NCBI GenBank assembly: GCA_963717505.1
Contig: OY970342.1
Span: 2,304,001-2,368,000 of the forward strand
Length of the DNA stretch: 64,000 bases
DNA from: Candidatus Eiseniibacteriota bacterium
GTDB lineage: Bacteria > Eisenbacteria > RBG-16-71-46
Reading direction: 5' to 3'
Shown: positions 62,295-64,000 of the stretch, piece by piece
How the letters are laid out: each line of letters starts with the position of its first letter
How positions within the stretch are numbered: position 1 is the first letter of the stretch
Position numbers and translations under genes: made by a program
Notes under the pieces: model-generated
Told to the model about the DNA's origin: nothing
The model's input: the letters and a program-made list of their open reading frames with translations, nothing else
Database searches by the model: none

Positions 62295-63446
62295 ATGCCG
62301 ACGATTGCGTACGACCTGCGCTATGCCACCGATCACTTCCCCGGGATCGGGCGCCACACCTTTTGCCTGCTCGAGTCCCTGCTCGAGCTTCCGGGACCCG
62401 AGCGCTACCTGGTGCTCTGGAATCCGGCCCTGAGCCTGACCCGCTTCGATCTGGATCCGATCCGCCGCCACCCGCGGGTGACCTGGGCCGAGCGTCCGAT
62501 TTCACCGTTGGCGCCGATGTCGGTCCTGGCCCTGGGTACCTTTCTGCGCGAGACCCGGCCCGACCTCTACTTCAGCCCCTTCCATTTCATGCCGGTTTCG
62601 CCGGGCTGCCCGTGCATCGTCATGATCCACGACGTGTGGCCGCTGCGCTTCCGTTACGCGCTCTCGGCATGGAAGCGGATGCTCTACCGGTTGTCCCTCG
62701 GGCAATCGTTGCGTGCGCGACTGATCGTGACGCCGAGTCGCTTCAGCCGAGACGAGATGGTGGCGCTGCTCGGGGTCGATCCGGCGCGCATCCGGGTGGT
62801 GCGCCAGGGGGCGCCGGCGTTGCGCGCACGGGTCACGGCGCGACGGCCGGCAGATTTGCCCGATCGTCCGTTCGCGCTCACGGTCGGGCTCAACTATCCG
62901 TACAAGAACCTCGGCGTGGTGGTCGACGCGTGGGCTCGACTCGGCGACGCGGCCCCGCTCGAGTTGGTCGCGGCCGGGCGCGAGCTGGAACGCTATCCGA
63001 CGGTATCGGAGATGGCGCGCGAGCGGGGTGCTTCCCGGGTCACCGCCCTCGGGCACGTCGCCGAGGAGGAGCTCGAATGGCTCTACCAGAACGCCACCAT
63101 CCTTCTGTTCCCTTCCACCTACGAAGGGTTCGGCTTCCCGCTGGTCGAGGCCTTCCAGCGTGGACTGCCGGCAATCGTCTCCGACATCCCGGCACTGCGC
63201 GAGCTGGACACGGGTGCGGCGCGCTTAATCGCAGCCGACGATGTCGCGGGCTGGGCCGCGGCGGTCTCCGAACTCGCCGGCGATGCCGTGACGCGCGAGC
63301 GGATGAGCGTTCAGGGTCGCGCGCGCGCCGAGGAGCTGAGCTACGACCTCACCGCGCGCACCATGCTGGCGGTGCTGCGCGAGGGGCTCGCGCGCGGAGA
63401 CCACGGGACGATCGCGATCGCCGCCACCGAAGCCGCACCGAGCTGA
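62295..63446 (+). CDS. Glycosyltransferase family 4 (WbaZ/MtfB-like)
   Basis: GIGRH, MIHD, YKNL, FPSTYEGFGFPLVEAF and SDIPALRE motifs. Confidence 0.93.
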   Translation: MPTIAYDLRYATDHFPGIGRHTFCLLESLLELPGPERYLVLWNPALSLTRFDLDPIRRHPRVTWAERPISPLAPMSVLALGTFLRETRPDLYFSPFHFMPVSPGCPCIVMIHDVWPLRFRYALSAWKRMLYRLSLGQSLRARLIVTPSRFSRDEMVALLGVDPARIRVVRQGAPALRARVTARRPADLPDRPFALTVGLNYPYKNLGVVVDAWARLGDAAPLELVAAGRELERYPTVSEMARERGASRVTALGHVAEEELEWLYQNATILLFPSTYEGFGFPLVEAFQRGLPAIVSDIPALRELDTGAARLIAADDVAGWAAAVSELAGDAVTRERMSVQGRARAEELSYDLTARTMLAVLREGLARGDHGTIAIAATEAAPS

Positions 63447-63547
63447 GGCAGGCCGCCGAAGTCTTGACAGAGCCCTTGCAGGGGTGATACACGGCGGGGC
63501 TGACCTGCCGCGCCGTGGACCCCGAGACACGTCCCCCGAGAACCTGA

Positions 63548-64000
63548 ATGACCTCGATTGGAACGGGCTTGCCCGAAGGCGCGACCGAAACCCACAAGTC
63601 GGTCTACGCGACGCCCAAGCAAGTGGCGAGCCTCGCGGACTGCTACTTCTATCACACCATGGACATCCCCGGGCACGGCTTGGTCCAGGGCGAGTGGGAT
63701 CTTCGGGGCGGTGAGCAGGAATACCTGGGACGGGTCGATCTGCGCGGCAAACGCGTCCTCGAGCTGGGAACGGCCAGCGGCTTCCTGTGCTTCGCCATGG
63801 AGAAGATGGGCGCCGAGGTCGTGGCGATCGATCTTTCCGAGAACGATTCCTGGGACATCGTCCCGTACGCGACGCTCGACGTCGACAAGCTGATCAGCGA
63901 GCGCAGGGCGCACATCCGAAAGCAGCACAATGGCTACTGGCTCGCGCACCGGGCGTTCAACTCGAAGGCGCGGGTCGTCTACTCGAGCGTCTACCAGATC
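63548..64000 (+). CDS. Class I SAM-dependent methyltransferase, runs off the right edge of the window
   Basis: Hand translation gives CYFYHTMDIPGHGLVQGEWDLRG...LRGKRVLELGTASGFLCFAMEKMGAEVVAID (SAM motif I). Confidence 0.85.
   Translation, partial: MTSIGTGLPEGATETHKSVYATPKQVASLADCYFYHTMDIPGHGLVQGEWDLRGGEQEYLGRVDLRGKRVLELGTASGFLCFAMEKMGAEVVAIDLSENDSWDIVPYATLDVDKLISERRAHIRKQHNGYWLAHRAFNSKARVVYSSVYQI

Overview
A very GC-rich bacterial chromosomal segment. The FlgD-Ig/T9SS-style C-terminal domains, PorV-like barrel and Ser/Thr kinase-PD40 fusion suggest an FCB-group lineage such as Ca. Eisenbacteria (inference only). From left to right it carries: (1) a surface module with an HhH/ComEA-type outer-membrane protein, a PorV-like barrel and two divergent secreted Ig/OB-fold proteins; (2) mixed envelope and housekeeping genes (deacetylase, acyltransferase, ABC1 kinase, PRTase, YbaK, rhodanese, octaheme cytochrome-TPR, GT87, yebC); (3) a complete kdp locus with two leader peptides, a frameshifted kdpC and an inserted putative porin; (4) an MdtA/MdtB-like RND pair and a beta-carbonic anhydrase; (5) a 14-16 kb putative biosynthetic cluster with no PKS/NRPS. 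This cluster has an UnbU/RnfD-like plus FG-GAP/UnbV fusion, a GH3 acyl-amide ligase, two GNAT-like proteins, a Rieske oxygenase, two B12-radical SAM enzymes, a sterol desaturase, membrane proteins and a probable CxxU selenoprotein (AhpD/CMD family) with a SECIS-like hairpin; (6) ABC transporters, MarC, a TolB-like protein, an intradiol dioxygenase-like protein and a Ser/Thr kinase; (7) an inverted-orientation integron with three attC cassettes and an integrase that has lost its catalytic box I, bracketed by a duplicated 3' end of comM; (8) a cupin with an internal TAG, a GT4 and a partial methyltransferase. Several single-base lesions (kdpC, one radical SAM, cupin, comM start) may be sequencing errors. 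No rRNA, tRNA or CRISPR array was seen. All product calls come from motif recognition by eye, not database searches.
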